Of a stretch of 64,000 nt of DNA, positions 1 through 9,287 are shown piece after piece (within the stretch, counting starts at the first letter, position 1; the number at the start of each line of letters is the position of its first letter). The DNA lies in NCBI GenBank assembly GCA_964399485.1, contig CAYNQS010000010.1, positions 392 through 64,391 on the forward strand, read 5' to 3'. The notes beneath the pieces were generated by a model. It saw only the letters and a list, made by a program, of their open reading frames with translations. It was not told the DNA's origin and ran no database searches. This DNA is from an uncultured Candidatus Bathyarchaeia archaeon (GTDB lineage: Archaea > Thermoproteota > Bathyarchaeia > Bathyarchaeales > Bathyarchaeaceae). The translations under genes and the position numbers were made by a program.

Positions 1-58
1 AACTGCATCTCTTCTGATTAATGATTGGCATGACTCACAGGTTACTAACTCCATTCCA

Positions 59-304
59 TCACTCTTTCAATTTCTCGATAAAACACATAGGACAAACCAT
101 CTCATTGTTGAGAAGTGTTAGGCAATCCCTGCAACAAAGCCTTCCGCATCTCTCACACTTTCCACCCAGATTCTGCAAGGTAATAGCGTGTCCACAGTCA
201 GCAGAGATGAAACGAAATTCCATATTAAGAAACAACAAGCTGAAAATATCAGATTTATCGATAAGAGAGATGCCATTATTTTCGAAATCAAAGCAAATAA
301 TCAT
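59..304 (-). CDS. Small Cys-rich zinc-finger protein
   Basis: CGH...CERC...CCRDC...CPMC pattern; overlaps the upstream ORF 288-635. Confidence 0.6.
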   Translation of the reverse strand: MIICFDFENNGISLIDKSDIFSLLFLNMEFRFISADCGHAITLQNLGGKCERCGRLCCRDCLTLLNNEMVCPMCFIEKLKE

Positions 305-635
305 CTAGATTAACTTGATCTGTAGAATTATCTCTGATATGTCTCTTCATCAATTTTCTGAATCTCTTTGTTAGTGAAGACCGGATTGTTCTGTCGTGGA
401 AATCGCAGTTCAGATTCAAGACATCATGATAGAAAGCTTGGACTGTTTCAGAAAATCCGCATAGTTCCCCACTATATTCTTTTGCATATCTCATAAAATG
501 AGAAAACAGCCCCTCCGATTCGTTCTGTATTGCTTTACGGTATAGATTTGCCTTTTGTCTGGCAACGGAATAACGTTTGAGTGAAAGTTGTACATCATCG
601 GAAAAGTCCTGTTCATATCTGGACATGAAAGACAT
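288..635 (-). CDS. Hypothetical protein
   Basis: 115-aa ORF co-oriented with its neighbours; no motif recognised. Confidence 0.5.
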   Translation of the reverse strand: MSFMSRYEQDFSDDVQLSLKRYSVARQKANLYRKAIQNESEGLFSHFMRYAKEYSGELCGFSETVQAFYHDVLNLNCDFHDRTIRSSLTKRFRKLMKRHIRDNSTDQVNLDDYLL

Positions 636-753
636 TGATGTTTGAGTTCAAAAGACTTTTATCAATATGTGAAAGGCCGAGAATGCCTTTTAGTATGGCA
701 ATATGGTATACGTGCATGCGCACAAACACTTTTTGGGTAGGTACAGACATCCG

Positions 754-972
754 TTACCTTTTGTATGTCTTTTCACGTTCAAGAGCTGTCTCTCTCGACA
801 TGGGATGGGGATGTACATACATATGCGAGAAGCGTTTTCCTGCACCTCTATGTTCACGCTCCCGCCTCTCAGGATTGTTAGTGATTCCTGTTCGCTTAAT
901 TTTCTTGCCTTGCTTGAGGTGATAAAGATAAGTGTCTCGCTTTGCCCTCTTTTTCACCAAACCTCTATTCAC
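754..972 (-). CDS. Minimal GIY-YIG nuclease-like protein
   Basis: TYLYHL...RTGITNNPERREREH resembles the GIY-YIG Y-x-Y...G-x-T-x-N..RR..EH core; ALERE helix. Confidence 0.6.
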   Translation of the reverse strand: MNRGLVKKRAKRDTYLYHLKQGKKIKRTGITNNPERREREHRGAGKRFSHMYVHPHPMSRETALEREKTYKR

Positions 973-1124
973 CCCCTTTCCTTACTACTCCACTTCTTTA
1001 CTTTCCTGAAGGTTCCATCAGGATCCCTTATGACTTTCATATAGTGTCCCTTTACCTTCATACGTTTGTATTTTCTTCCCAAGACAGTGACAACCAGTGT
1101 TCCGCGTATCCATATCTGCCCCAT
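969..1124 (-). CDS. Small basic protein (up to 51 aa; not in the ORF track)
   Basis: Manual translation MGQIWIRGTLVVTVLGRKYKRMKVKGHYMKVIRDPDGTFRKVKKWSSKERG; its TGA overlaps the GTG start of the next ORF (GTGA); TTTATAAA box at 1127-1134; the true start may be internal. Confidence 0.4.
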   Translation of the reverse strand: MGQIWIRGTLVVTVLGRKYKRMKVKGHYMKVIRDPDGTFRKVKKWSSKERG

Positions 1125-1336
1125 TGTTTATAAAGCTTTTGCCTCAATTTTTCGAAATAAGCTAATTCTAAGCTAATTTATACTTTTGCAGGTCATTTGA
1201 GGATTATTTCTGATCTTATGTGGTGTGCATTAAATAACATAGCTTATTCATTCGCGCGTGCATTTATCGGCAGTAACGGAATTGCCTATATTGATAACTC
1301 TAATTCCCCGGCTTCCTCGTTACACTTTTCGATTAA

Positions 1337-1648
1337 ATGAACGAAAAATCAAAAACAAGGATACCTGAGCTGTACGAAACAGAAGCCACCCCATTTGAGA
1401 AGAAGGTGATCCATCAGAGGTATCATATCAGTGATATCGGGTTCTATTGGCTGATTGCAGAGCTTGATGAGAAACAAAACCTCGGGTTTGGTTATGCGAA
1501 TTTAAACAACGACGATTTTGCTGAGTGGGGGTATATTAGTATAGACGAATTGCTTGAAAGCGGAGCTGAACTCGATAGTACTTGGAAGCCATGCACTTAT
1601 ACGGAAGCCATGAAGAGGATTTCAGAAGAGAAGAAACAGACTGGCTAA
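1337..1648 (+). CDS. DUF2958-like protein of mobile elements
   Basis: YWLIAELD...GFGYANL...AEWGYISIDEL matches the family pattern W..tElD...aFG....E.GYvsl.EL. Confidence 0.65.
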   Translation: MNEKSKTRIPELYETEATPFEKKVIHQRYHISDIGFYWLIAELDEKQNLGFGYANLNNDDFAEWGYISIDELLESGAELDSTWKPCTYTEAMKRISEEKKQTG

Positions 1649-1722
1649 TTGAGACATAACGGAACGACGGAAATTTCCATACACTCGTAATATTCTTTAT
1701 TACACTTCATCAATATCCTATT

Positions 1723-2649
1723 ATGTCTACGGCGTCTTCAAAAAAGGGCTTGGTGGAAATCTTAGAGAGGAAGAAAGAGAAAACACAATTACTAAGCTTT
1801 CTGAGAAACTCCATCAATAGTTTCGTTTTCGGCCCTCATGGTATCGGTAAAACAGTCCTGATAAAAACAGTGGCTGAAGAATATGATGATAGGTTTGGAC
1901 AATCAGTCTATATTGACTGCTCGTTATATCAAACGGCCAATGCAATTTTAAGAGAAATCCTCTTTTCTCTAGGAAGCATCATTTCCAGCAAGAGCAATTA
2001 TGATTTAACCAAACGGTTAAGGGAAAAATCAAAGAAACTGAAGCTTGTCGTCTTTCTAGACCATGCAGAGAATCTCAGAGATCATGAAATATTAAAAATT
2101 CTTTTCGGTTTTAACATCCCTGTTTGTATGGTTTCAAATAATGTTAGCAGTTATAAGCGGTTGAGCTTGTCCATGAGATCGCGGATTCCAAACGTAGTGG
2201 AGCTTCAGACACCGTCAAAAGAAGAGGTAATGAGCATTTTAAAAGAAAGGGCTGGCTCTGTTAGTGATGAATTACTTGCTGAAATCGCAGAAAAAGTTGG
2301 CAGCAATATAACTCTTGCAGTAAACTTGTTAGAAAGCATTAAAATAAGAAATGTCGAGGATCATTGCTTAGTGGAAGACCTCTTTTCATACCAAAATGTC
2401 ACTGGGGAACAACTAAACAAAGACTGCAAGACCATCCTGCAAATCCTCCGCCAGGAAAAGAGGCTTCCAAGCGGAGAACTATTTAGGTTGTACAAAAGAA
2501 ACTCAGAATTTCCAAAAAGTGAGCGGTCATTCAGGAAATATATGGAAGAATTAAGAAATCGAGACTTGGTCAAGTCATTAGGTGAGAAAAAGGGCCGAGT
2601 CTACGAGTTTGTCGAAAAAGTAATAGATGACGGTGAATTGGACGTCTGA
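1723..2649 (+). CDS. Orc1/Cdc6-like AAA+ ATPase with C-terminal winged helix
   Basis: Walker A GPHGIGKT, VYIDC motif, atypical Walker B VFLDH, C-terminal SGELFRLY...SERSFRKYMEEL wHTH. Confidence 0.75.
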   Translation: MSTASSKKGLVEILERKKEKTQLLSFLRNSINSFVFGPHGIGKTVLIKTVAEEYDDRFGQSVYIDCSLYQTANAILREILFSLGSIISSKSNYDLTKRLREKSKKLKLVVFLDHAENLRDHEILKILFGFNIPVCMVSNNVSSYKRLSLSMRSRIPNVVELQTPSKEEVMSILKERAGSVSDELLAEIAEKVGSNITLAVNLLESIKIRNVEDHCLVEDLFSYQNVTGEQLNKDCKTILQILRQEKRLPSGELFRLYKRNSEFPKSERSFRKYMEELRNRDLVKSLGEKKGRVYEFVEKVIDDGELDV

Positions 2650-2773
2650 TGACAATACTATTGGGATATTAATGGCTGAAATCAATGAAGAAGTACTGGA
2701 AAAAATGCCGGAATGGTTCAAACTTCTCCGGAAGAACTACCAAACGGCAAAAAGGGTCAGGCACTCATCTTGA
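2627..2773 (+). CDS. Possible 48-aa protein
   Basis: Manual translation MTVNWTSDDNTIGILMAEINEEVLEKMPEWFKLLRKNYQTAKRVRHSS; fills the gap between the Cdc6-like gene and the integrase. Confidence 0.3.
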   Translation: MTVNWTSDDNTIGILMAEINEEVLEKMPEWFKLLRKNYQTAKRVRHSS

Positions 2774-3946
2774 AATGTCACCGAGTTTGTCCAAAAGCTT
2801 CTGAAGTATTTCTGGGTCTTTAACCAGGGTGGACAATAATCTATCAGCTTTTCTTCTTACCTCGTCAAATCTTAACGCAGTTTCCATATCCAAGGGCGAC
2901 CCACAGCGCTTGCAGAACTTTGACCCAGGTGAGTTCTTATCTTGGCAGCGCTGACATTGGACTATCTTGATGACTTTTTCCTTTTTTACCGTTTCAGTCT
3001 TAATGCCTTGAAGCTGGAGTAGGGCGTTATCCACGTCTCTTCCCGAGAGGTGGACGTATGTTGAAGCCATCTTGGAGTCTTGCACCCATCCAAAGACCTG
3101 TTTCAGTTGGGCTTCAGTGAGATGGTTTGCCAGAAAAGTAGCTCTTGAATGCCTGAAGAGATGCGGGTAGATACGTTTCTTGATCCCTGCTTTTTTCGCG
3201 GTGTCTTTCAACATCTTCTTTGCAGCGGGATAACTGAAGTAGTTGTGAAGGTTGTTTGTGCTGAAGCATACCCATAGTGGCGCATCTGGGTCGTCTTTTA
3301 GAGGGTGGTTTTCAATCCATGAGCTGAGTCTTGGGGTTGCGGCAATGATTCTGACCCTTCGGTCACCGGTTTTCCCTGTCACTAATAATATAGCCCCATA
3401 GTCGTCAAAGTGGACGTTCTTAATCCGTAGCGTCAGTAATTCACCGATTCGGCAGCCTGACTCGTATAGGACAAGAATAAAGGCCTTGTCCCTGAGGTTT
3501 GTAGCGCACTCGGCCATTGTTTTGACTTCAGTTTCAGTTAGGACTTCCTCAGGTAGCAGGTGACTGTTTCGGACACTGGTTTTGATCCATTTGACTTCTT
3601 CTGGATATTCATCAGTTTTCCTCAGCCAACGGTAGAAGATTTTCAGAACGACTTTGTAATCATGTTTTGTCCATTCCGAGTAATTTTTACTTTCAAGTTT
3701 CCGGATAAAATTGGCTATATCTTCCTTTGTTGCTTTCGTCAGTGGCTTGTTTAAGAACGTCGCGACCCTGAAAAGGACGTAGAGGTATTTGAGAAGTCTG
3801 CCTTTGGATAGCCCTCTAGTCAAAGAGTCGTAATAAAATTCTGAAATGCATTTTTTCGTGGCTACATCTATTCGTGAGTTCTTTATTTTTGTTAACAGCC
3901 GCTCGATTCGTTTGCTATATGGATAAATCTCAACTTTCTCCCTCAC
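2765..3946 (-). CDS. Tyrosine recombinase/integrase with C-terminal zinc ribbon
   Basis: YESGCRIGE (Arg), GKTG (Lys), HLFRHSRAT (HxxR), STYVHL (Tyr); CQRC...CKRC. Confidence 0.95.
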   Translation of the reverse strand: MREKVEIYPYSKRIERLLTKIKNSRIDVATKKCISEFYYDSLTRGLSKGRLLKYLYVLFRVATFLNKPLTKATKEDIANFIRKLESKNYSEWTKHDYKVVLKIFYRWLRKTDEYPEEVKWIKTSVRNSHLLPEEVLTETEVKTMAECATNLRDKAFILVLYESGCRIGELLTLRIKNVHFDDYGAILLVTGKTGDRRVRIIAATPRLSSWIENHPLKDDPDAPLWVCFSTNNLHNYFSYPAAKKMLKDTAKKAGIKKRIYPHLFRHSRATFLANHLTEAQLKQVFGWVQDSKMASTYVHLSGRDVDNALLQLQGIKTETVKKEKVIKIVQCQRCQDKNSPGSKFCKRCGSPLDMETALRFDEVRRKADRLLSTLVKDPEILQKLLDKLGDISR

Positions 3947-4229
3947 ACAATCACATTACGTATCATCCTTTTTGCTCATTAGGGGTGTGAGTAATTGTGC
4001 CGTTATGCATGGGATGAGGGAAAATGCTTCAAAAACTTCATCTCATGGTTAGGGTTCTGGTTGTTGTTTTGGCGTGCTCTCCCGAGGCTCAATAGCACAA
4101 CTACTGAATCCCTATATTTGATTACCCATCAAAAAATAACTGGAATAATATTATTGGTAGCCCTTAAAATTTAAAGATAATGCATGGTTACTTTACAAGA
4201 CATAATGATTATTAATGTTAAAGCGCTAA

Positions 4230-4841
4230 ATGGAACATATGAATATTTTAGGCATTTACGGAAGCATGAGAGTAAAAGGAAACAGCGACTGGATGCTGAA
4301 TACGTTATTGGCTTCGGCAGAAAATAACGGTGCTCAGGTGGATAGAGTTCTTTTGAGAAAACTGAAGATAAAATTTTGTGTTGGCTGTGACAAATGCGCT
4401 GAAAAGGGCGAATGTGCAATAAATGACGACATGCAAAAGATCTATCCTGAACTATTGAATGCAGATGTCATAGTTGTCGGATGTCCAAATTATTTTAAAA
4501 ATGTGTCAGCACTAACAAAGAACTTCATCGATAGAACAAACGCGTTTGTCAGATTTGAACGTAAATTAAAAGGGAAATTTGCAGTGGGTCTGTGCGTTGG
4601 AGGCGAAGAGCTTGAGGATACAACGCATTGCTCAGAGGCCTTACTAAGGTTCTTCAAGGGCCATAGGATGAAAACGATAGCAATTGTAAAAGCAAGAGCA
4701 GATAAAAAGGGAGAAATTTCAAACAATATCGATTTGGAGAAAAAGCTAATGGATATGGGTGAGAAAATAGCCCGAAACGATCCCGAGGTTATGAAGTCTT
4801 TTCTTTGGGAATATAACATCCACGGAAGTCATAATTTATAG
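4230..4841 (+). CDS. Iron-sulfur flavoprotein / NADPH-dependent FMN reductase family
   Basis: GSMRVKGNS FMN loop, CVGCDKC-x5-C cluster motif, DDMQKIY...ADVIVVGCPNYF. Confidence 0.85.
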   Translation: MEHMNILGIYGSMRVKGNSDWMLNTLLASAENNGAQVDRVLLRKLKIKFCVGCDKCAEKGECAINDDMQKIYPELLNADVIVVGCPNYFKNVSALTKNFIDRTNAFVRFERKLKGKFAVGLCVGGEELEDTTHCSEALLRFFKGHRMKTIAIVKARADKKGEISNNIDLEKKLMDMGEKIARNDPEVMKSFLWEYNIHGSHNL

Positions 4842-4850
4842 ACTTGCAGC

Positions 4851-5933
4851 TTATGTGCCGATTAATATTACTTCACACATTTTTTTTCCATTCTTATGGT
4901 TTAGCTTATATTTATATTCCGTTTTCCTGATTTTAACACGCGATTTATATTGCAATAGTAGCTCTTTGATCGTTTTAATAGAGGGGTTTCCAGGCTCTCC
5001 ATAAGATACGACTATTATGGAATCTTGGAATTTCTTAAAAAGGTGTTCGAAATTGTCTTCTAACGAATTGGCATTCCATTGATTTTTATGTCGAACTAGT
5101 CGCTTATTTTTTGTGTTAAAATCTATTTTTTGTTTCCAGTTCTCATAATCAATTAGCCCCTCAAAAAAGTGATAAAGAGCATGGTAATCCTTGGGGGATT
5201 TCTCGTTTAGTCTCGTATATGGAGGATCAAGATAGACAAGGTCGAAATTCCTTTTTCTTATTCTCATGAGGTCTGTGCAAATTGCCTTATTCTTTAAGCC
5301 ATTGGAAAAGATTTTTTGAGAAAATTCTTCGTGAAATTTTCTGAATAGCACACTGAAGTCTTTTTCCCACGTAGTTTTATTTCCAAACTCACGTTCCACA
5401 TCGGCTAGTCTCAGATATAGGTTCTTTCGGTGAAAGAGGTTGAAGGGACGCTTGCACAAACATGCTTGAAATAGAATGTGAAAAGCGAGGGCTCTTTTCT
5501 TTTTTAATACTATTCCATCATCATAAATGTGGGATAATTTATGGATATTGAATGTTACAAAATCAAGCCATTTGTTCTCGGCATCTAAATAATAGATATC
5601 CTTGAACATCGTTCTAATGAATGATGGATATTCAAATCCGTTTCTATGTAGTATAAATTTTAAATCGTTTTTATCTAGTTTTTCTGTGTCATTTTCGATT
5701 AGAGCAATTCCTGTTTGATGGTTTGACAAAAGAATGTCGTTGTAGATAACTTTCTTTCCCATAAGCTTGAATAAATAGCTTACACTCGCGGTTCCACCAA
5801 AGCCATCTAGGACTGTCTGGAATTCCAGATTTTTCAGATTCTTGTATAACCAAGGTAAGATACGCCGTTTACTCCCTTGGTATCTAGTAGATGGTACGAG
5901 TTGCTTGAGATTGTTGAGGTTATTACTCATCAT
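4851..5933 (-). CDS. N6-adenine DNA methyltransferase (Dam/FokI-like D12 class)
   Basis: RYQGSK, VLDGFGGTASVS (motif I), LVYLDPPY (motif IV). Confidence 0.9.
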   Translation of the reverse strand: MMSNNLNNLKQLVPSTRYQGSKRRILPWLYKNLKNLEFQTVLDGFGGTASVSYLFKLMGKKVIYNDILLSNHQTGIALIENDTEKLDKNDLKFILHRNGFEYPSFIRTMFKDIYYLDAENKWLDFVTFNIHKLSHIYDDGIVLKKKRALAFHILFQACLCKRPFNLFHRKNLYLRLADVEREFGNKTTWEKDFSVLFRKFHEEFSQKIFSNGLKNKAICTDLMRIRKRNFDLVYLDPPYTRLNEKSPKDYHALYHFFEGLIDYENWKQKIDFNTKNKRLVRHKNQWNANSLEDNFEHLFKKFQDSIIVVSYGEPGNPSIKTIKELLLQYKSRVKIRKTEYKYKLNHKNGKKMCEVILIGT

Positions 5934-5951
5934 GATGTGGCTAACCTTTGC

Positions 5952-7541
5952 TCAGTCATTTTTCGATTGGAGATATTTTCTCCTCATTTTCGCAAATTCA
6001 GCATTGGTCTTTGCAGTCCAATCCAAAGCCAATTCCTCCCCCATTTTCTTGCTGAGATCATGGGCTATCAGAGATGGTGTTGGTATGAGGGTGCGAAGAG
6101 GTTCTTCCCTACCCCACAGATGATCTTCATCAACATCAAAAGAAGCCAATCTCAATGCTGAAAGTATTTTTACAATTTCTGATTTGACATCATTTCCATT
6201 ATAAACAAATTCATATCTTGGAAAATATATCTCAGGTGTTTTTGAATGCCCAGCAAAAAACATCGCCACTGAATAGTTTAAGGCTTCATCTACTATTTGT
6301 CTCGCGGTCAGGTGTCGACCATGAAGAATTTTTTCGAGTGAGGCTAAGTCATTCTCAACTTGCTTATTGGTTCTTCGATTGAGGTTGGAGGTTGTAAAGT
6401 AGGAGCGAATAATCGGACAGGTAACATAAATCTCGTTAAAAGTTGACCCACTGAAGTTTTTATTGTAGAGTATCCTACGCATGACTTCGCTATCACTTAG
6501 AACGTGGCGGGTAATATTCCAATTCTCCTCACCCATTATTTCTCGTATATACCAATCTATTATTGTGCTATACAGCTTCAAGTTTGTGTACTTCGCCACA
6601 CCACAATAAATAATTCCAAGGTCCCTAGCCTTCCTCAGTGTTGTAGTCATTCTGTATGTTGCTTCTCGCGTTAATTCACCGTGTCTATTTTGAAGCTTAC
6701 AATTCATTGCATGATCTTGAGGAAAAATCCTTCCATCTCTCAGATGTATATCTGGTTTGAGTTTGAGTCCGCCGTGGGGAAAAATGTATGTCTCTTCAAC
6801 ATAGAATTCTCCAACATCCATGGCCGATTTTGTTGACCATTCATAATCGTTTTCACTCAATTCAGTATAATCTTTGAATCCGACGATAACCCAATCCTCG
6901 AAATCCTGCGTGTTTTTCGGGACTGGCACATATCTCCAGTTTGGTTTCTTAGGTCCTTGCTCTTTAATTACACCAGCAGCATTGTTTACAACCACTGGAG
7001 AAGAAAAATTCACATTAAAAGGAGTTCTCAACTTGAATCGATGTTGGCTTGCATCACAGGCGCTAACTCTCAAAGGAAAATCGTTGCTCCACAACTCAGC
7101 ATCATAAGGAACAGATATTTTCTCAATGAAGAAATTTCCTAAAACATTCCTGTTTATGTGGTCTTCTATCCTTCGCCAATCTGGTTCTCCACTGAAAATA
7201 TCTGTAGAATTCGTTCCTCTAAAAGCAAGATCATCAATTTTGATGCCTAGACCTTGAAGTGCTAAATCATTAAGTTGGTTTGCCCAAATGTATTTTCTTG
7301 ACCTCTTTTCCTCTTTTATCAAAACTACAAGGTTCTTGATACATTGAAAATATAGTTTTCTGGGATCTTCTTTCATTAACCTCTTCCTTGCTTCTAAGAC
7401 GATATCTCTTCTATCCTCAAAATAGCTCGCGCTTAACAAAACTTGAGCTGAAGATACAATCGAAGGGTCACCTCGTCTTTCCGCCTGAATTCTTGATAGA
7501 ATTTCTTCAAAAACAATTGAACGTTCTGTTTTGTCAGGCAT
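5952..7541 (-). CDS. nurA: NurA-family nuclease, divergent, with long N-terminal extension
   Basis: SACDAS, LRDGRI, CGVAK, SDSE, PRYEF and PTPSLIAHDLSK line up with the NurA motifs aVDGS, lDGsl, vGvvK, D, RvE, P.pL..AH..ak. Confidence 0.75.
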   Translation of the reverse strand: MPDKTERSIVFEEILSRIQAERRGDPSIVSSAQVLLSASYFEDRRDIVLEARKRLMKEDPRKLYFQCIKNLVVLIKEEKRSRKYIWANQLNDLALQGLGIKIDDLAFRGTNSTDIFSGEPDWRRIEDHINRNVLGNFFIEKISVPYDAELWSNDFPLRVSACDASQHRFKLRTPFNVNFSSPVVVNNAAGVIKEQGPKKPNWRYVPVPKNTQDFEDWVIVGFKDYTELSENDYEWSTKSAMDVGEFYVEETYIFPHGGLKLKPDIHLRDGRIFPQDHAMNCKLQNRHGELTREATYRMTTTLRKARDLGIIYCGVAKYTNLKLYSTIIDWYIREIMGEENWNITRHVLSDSEVMRRILYNKNFSGSTFNEIYVTCPIIRSYFTTSNLNRRTNKQVENDLASLEKILHGRHLTARQIVDEALNYSVAMFFAGHSKTPEIYFPRYEFVYNGNDVKSEIVKILSALRLASFDVDEDHLWGREEPLRTLIPTPSLIAHDLSKKMGEELALDWTAKTNAEFAKMRRKYLQSKND

Positions 7542-9141
7542 TTTTATTACCTATTTCTGAGAATATGTCCGGAGATTTTCCGGCATCTGCTTCCGGATTT
7601 TCCATTGTTCTAATTTTCACAGGAATGGCATGTTTAATAGTTTCATAAGTTCCCGTAAGTATACATGTTCCTTGGGGTGCTTTTGGCAGTCTATCAATCA
7701 TCTCTCTTGTAGCATCGGATTTAACACCTTGAATTGCTTGTAGTTGGTCCGGCTCTATTGCAAATAACAATCTTGTGTTACATTGCCTAATTGCCTTCTT
7801 ATCGATGTCTATTGGACTCTGAGTGATGAGAATGTTGCAAATGCCGTGATGCCTTCCCATTCTTACAGATTCCCGAATTATTTGTTTACAGGGGCTATCT
7901 TCATCTTGAGGAACGAACAAATGGGCTTCGTCAATAAAAATCACAAAAGGATTTATGCCTTTTCTAATACGGAGTTCATTTAACTCTCTTAATGTTGAGG
8001 CTAATATGAGTTGAAGACTTTGTCTTCCAAATCCTCTACAATTTATGTCCACAACTGCTCCTGGAACTAAGATTCTTGACCAATCAAATTCTTCCCCAAT
8101 AAAATTGTAGCTCCTTAAATAATGCCTTGTTCTATCTGTCACAATATCAGTTGTATGTGGATTTGCATTCATCTCGTTGGCGACCGTTCCAATTTCGTTT
8201 AACAAGTCTTGCAGATTAATCCCCCTGCGTTGTGTCCTGGTCGGTGTGAATCTTTCAAGGGTTGTAGCTGTAGAAGGGCCCTCTTTTAGTCTCAAGAATG
8301 CTCTCGTTAATATTGCGACGTGGAGTTCATGTTTTAAAGTTGGAATTAAATCCAATAATTCAACTTCTGATAAGGAAGAGAGTTTAACTCTGTAATTTTC
8401 TCCTGGTCTTAATACCGTACCACCTAGTGCTTCAGTTAAGGGAACAAATTCATATTGGGTATCGAAAAATATGATTGGGATACCATGTTTGTGAATCTCC
8501 TCTGCAACTACTTTTGCAGCATATGATTTTCCTCCTCCGGTGGTTCCACCAATAAACAAATGTCTTTGTATAATGTTCCTCTTTATTCTTACAGGAAGAG
8601 TTTCTTCTCCAGCTAACGAAACCGCGACGGTTCCGATATTCAAGCTTTTTTGGGGGTCTAGTTCTAATCCCATCACATCCATTATCACTTTTTCAGGAGG
8701 AATAAACACATTAGATCCGGATTTAGCCATTTTTTCTGGGGGGAATATCTCAAATTTTTCTTTAATCAGTCTAACTTCGGAGATTACTTCTACTTGATAT
8801 CTTCGGTGTATTGTTAAGGACAAATCTTCTCCCGGATAGTCTGGAGATAATTCCATAGTATCTCTAACCGTAATTTTGCTGGGCGTTTCATGTGGATTGT
8901 ATTCATATGATGAAGTGACTCTTCCCACCAAGAAAACATCTTTAGAAACGGGCGTGGCTAGAAGGGTTCCAGGTGTAACATACTTATCATGTTTAGCCTT
9001 GAACCTGAAAATTTCAAAACTTGGTGAGGTTTCATCTGATATTACGGTTCCTATCTCATTTTCTTGGGCATTATTATTAGGCATAAGCATCATATCACAA
9101 TTTAATCTGAAAACATAAAAATATATCATTTTCTTAGCCAA
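7534..9141 (-). CDS. herA: HerA/FtsK-family ATPase with N-terminal HAS barrel (start possibly 9084)
   Basis: RHLFIGGTTGGGKS Walker A, IFIDEAH Walker B, RMGRHHG...ITQSP motif; stop overlaps the nurA-like start. Confidence 0.9.
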   Translation of the reverse strand: MAKKMIYFYVFRLNCDMMLMPNNNAQENEIGTVISDETSPSFEIFRFKAKHDKYVTPGTLLATPVSKDVFLVGRVTSSYEYNPHETPSKITVRDTMELSPDYPGEDLSLTIHRRYQVEVISEVRLIKEKFEIFPPEKMAKSGSNVFIPPEKVIMDVMGLELDPQKSLNIGTVAVSLAGEETLPVRIKRNIIQRHLFIGGTTGGGKSYAAKVVAEEIHKHGIPIIFFDTQYEFVPLTEALGGTVLRPGENYRVKLSSLSEVELLDLIPTLKHELHVAILTRAFLRLKEGPSTATTLERFTPTRTQRRGINLQDLLNEIGTVANEMNANPHTTDIVTDRTRHYLRSYNFIGEEFDWSRILVPGAVVDINCRGFGRQSLQLILASTLRELNELRIRKGINPFVIFIDEAHLFVPQDEDSPCKQIIRESVRMGRHHGICNILITQSPIDIDKKAIRQCNTRLLFAIEPDQLQAIQGVKSDATREMIDRLPKAPQGTCILTGTYETIKHAIPVKIRTMENPEADAGKSPDIFSEIGNKNA

Positions 9142-9287
9142 GATATATATTCTGAGTTATTCGGATTCGAATTAATACAAAAGAAATTTCAAATAGTTAG
9201 ATGACACATGCTAACTACTGTGCACCCAGAAAAGGGGCAAACCAATTATACAAAAAAATGAATGCTGCTTGGAGGTTTCCCTAGAAT

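Noticed and set aside
1130-1720. ORB-type replication origin beside the Cdc6-like gene
   Set aside because: No convincing ORB consensus with G-string seen; only short repeats
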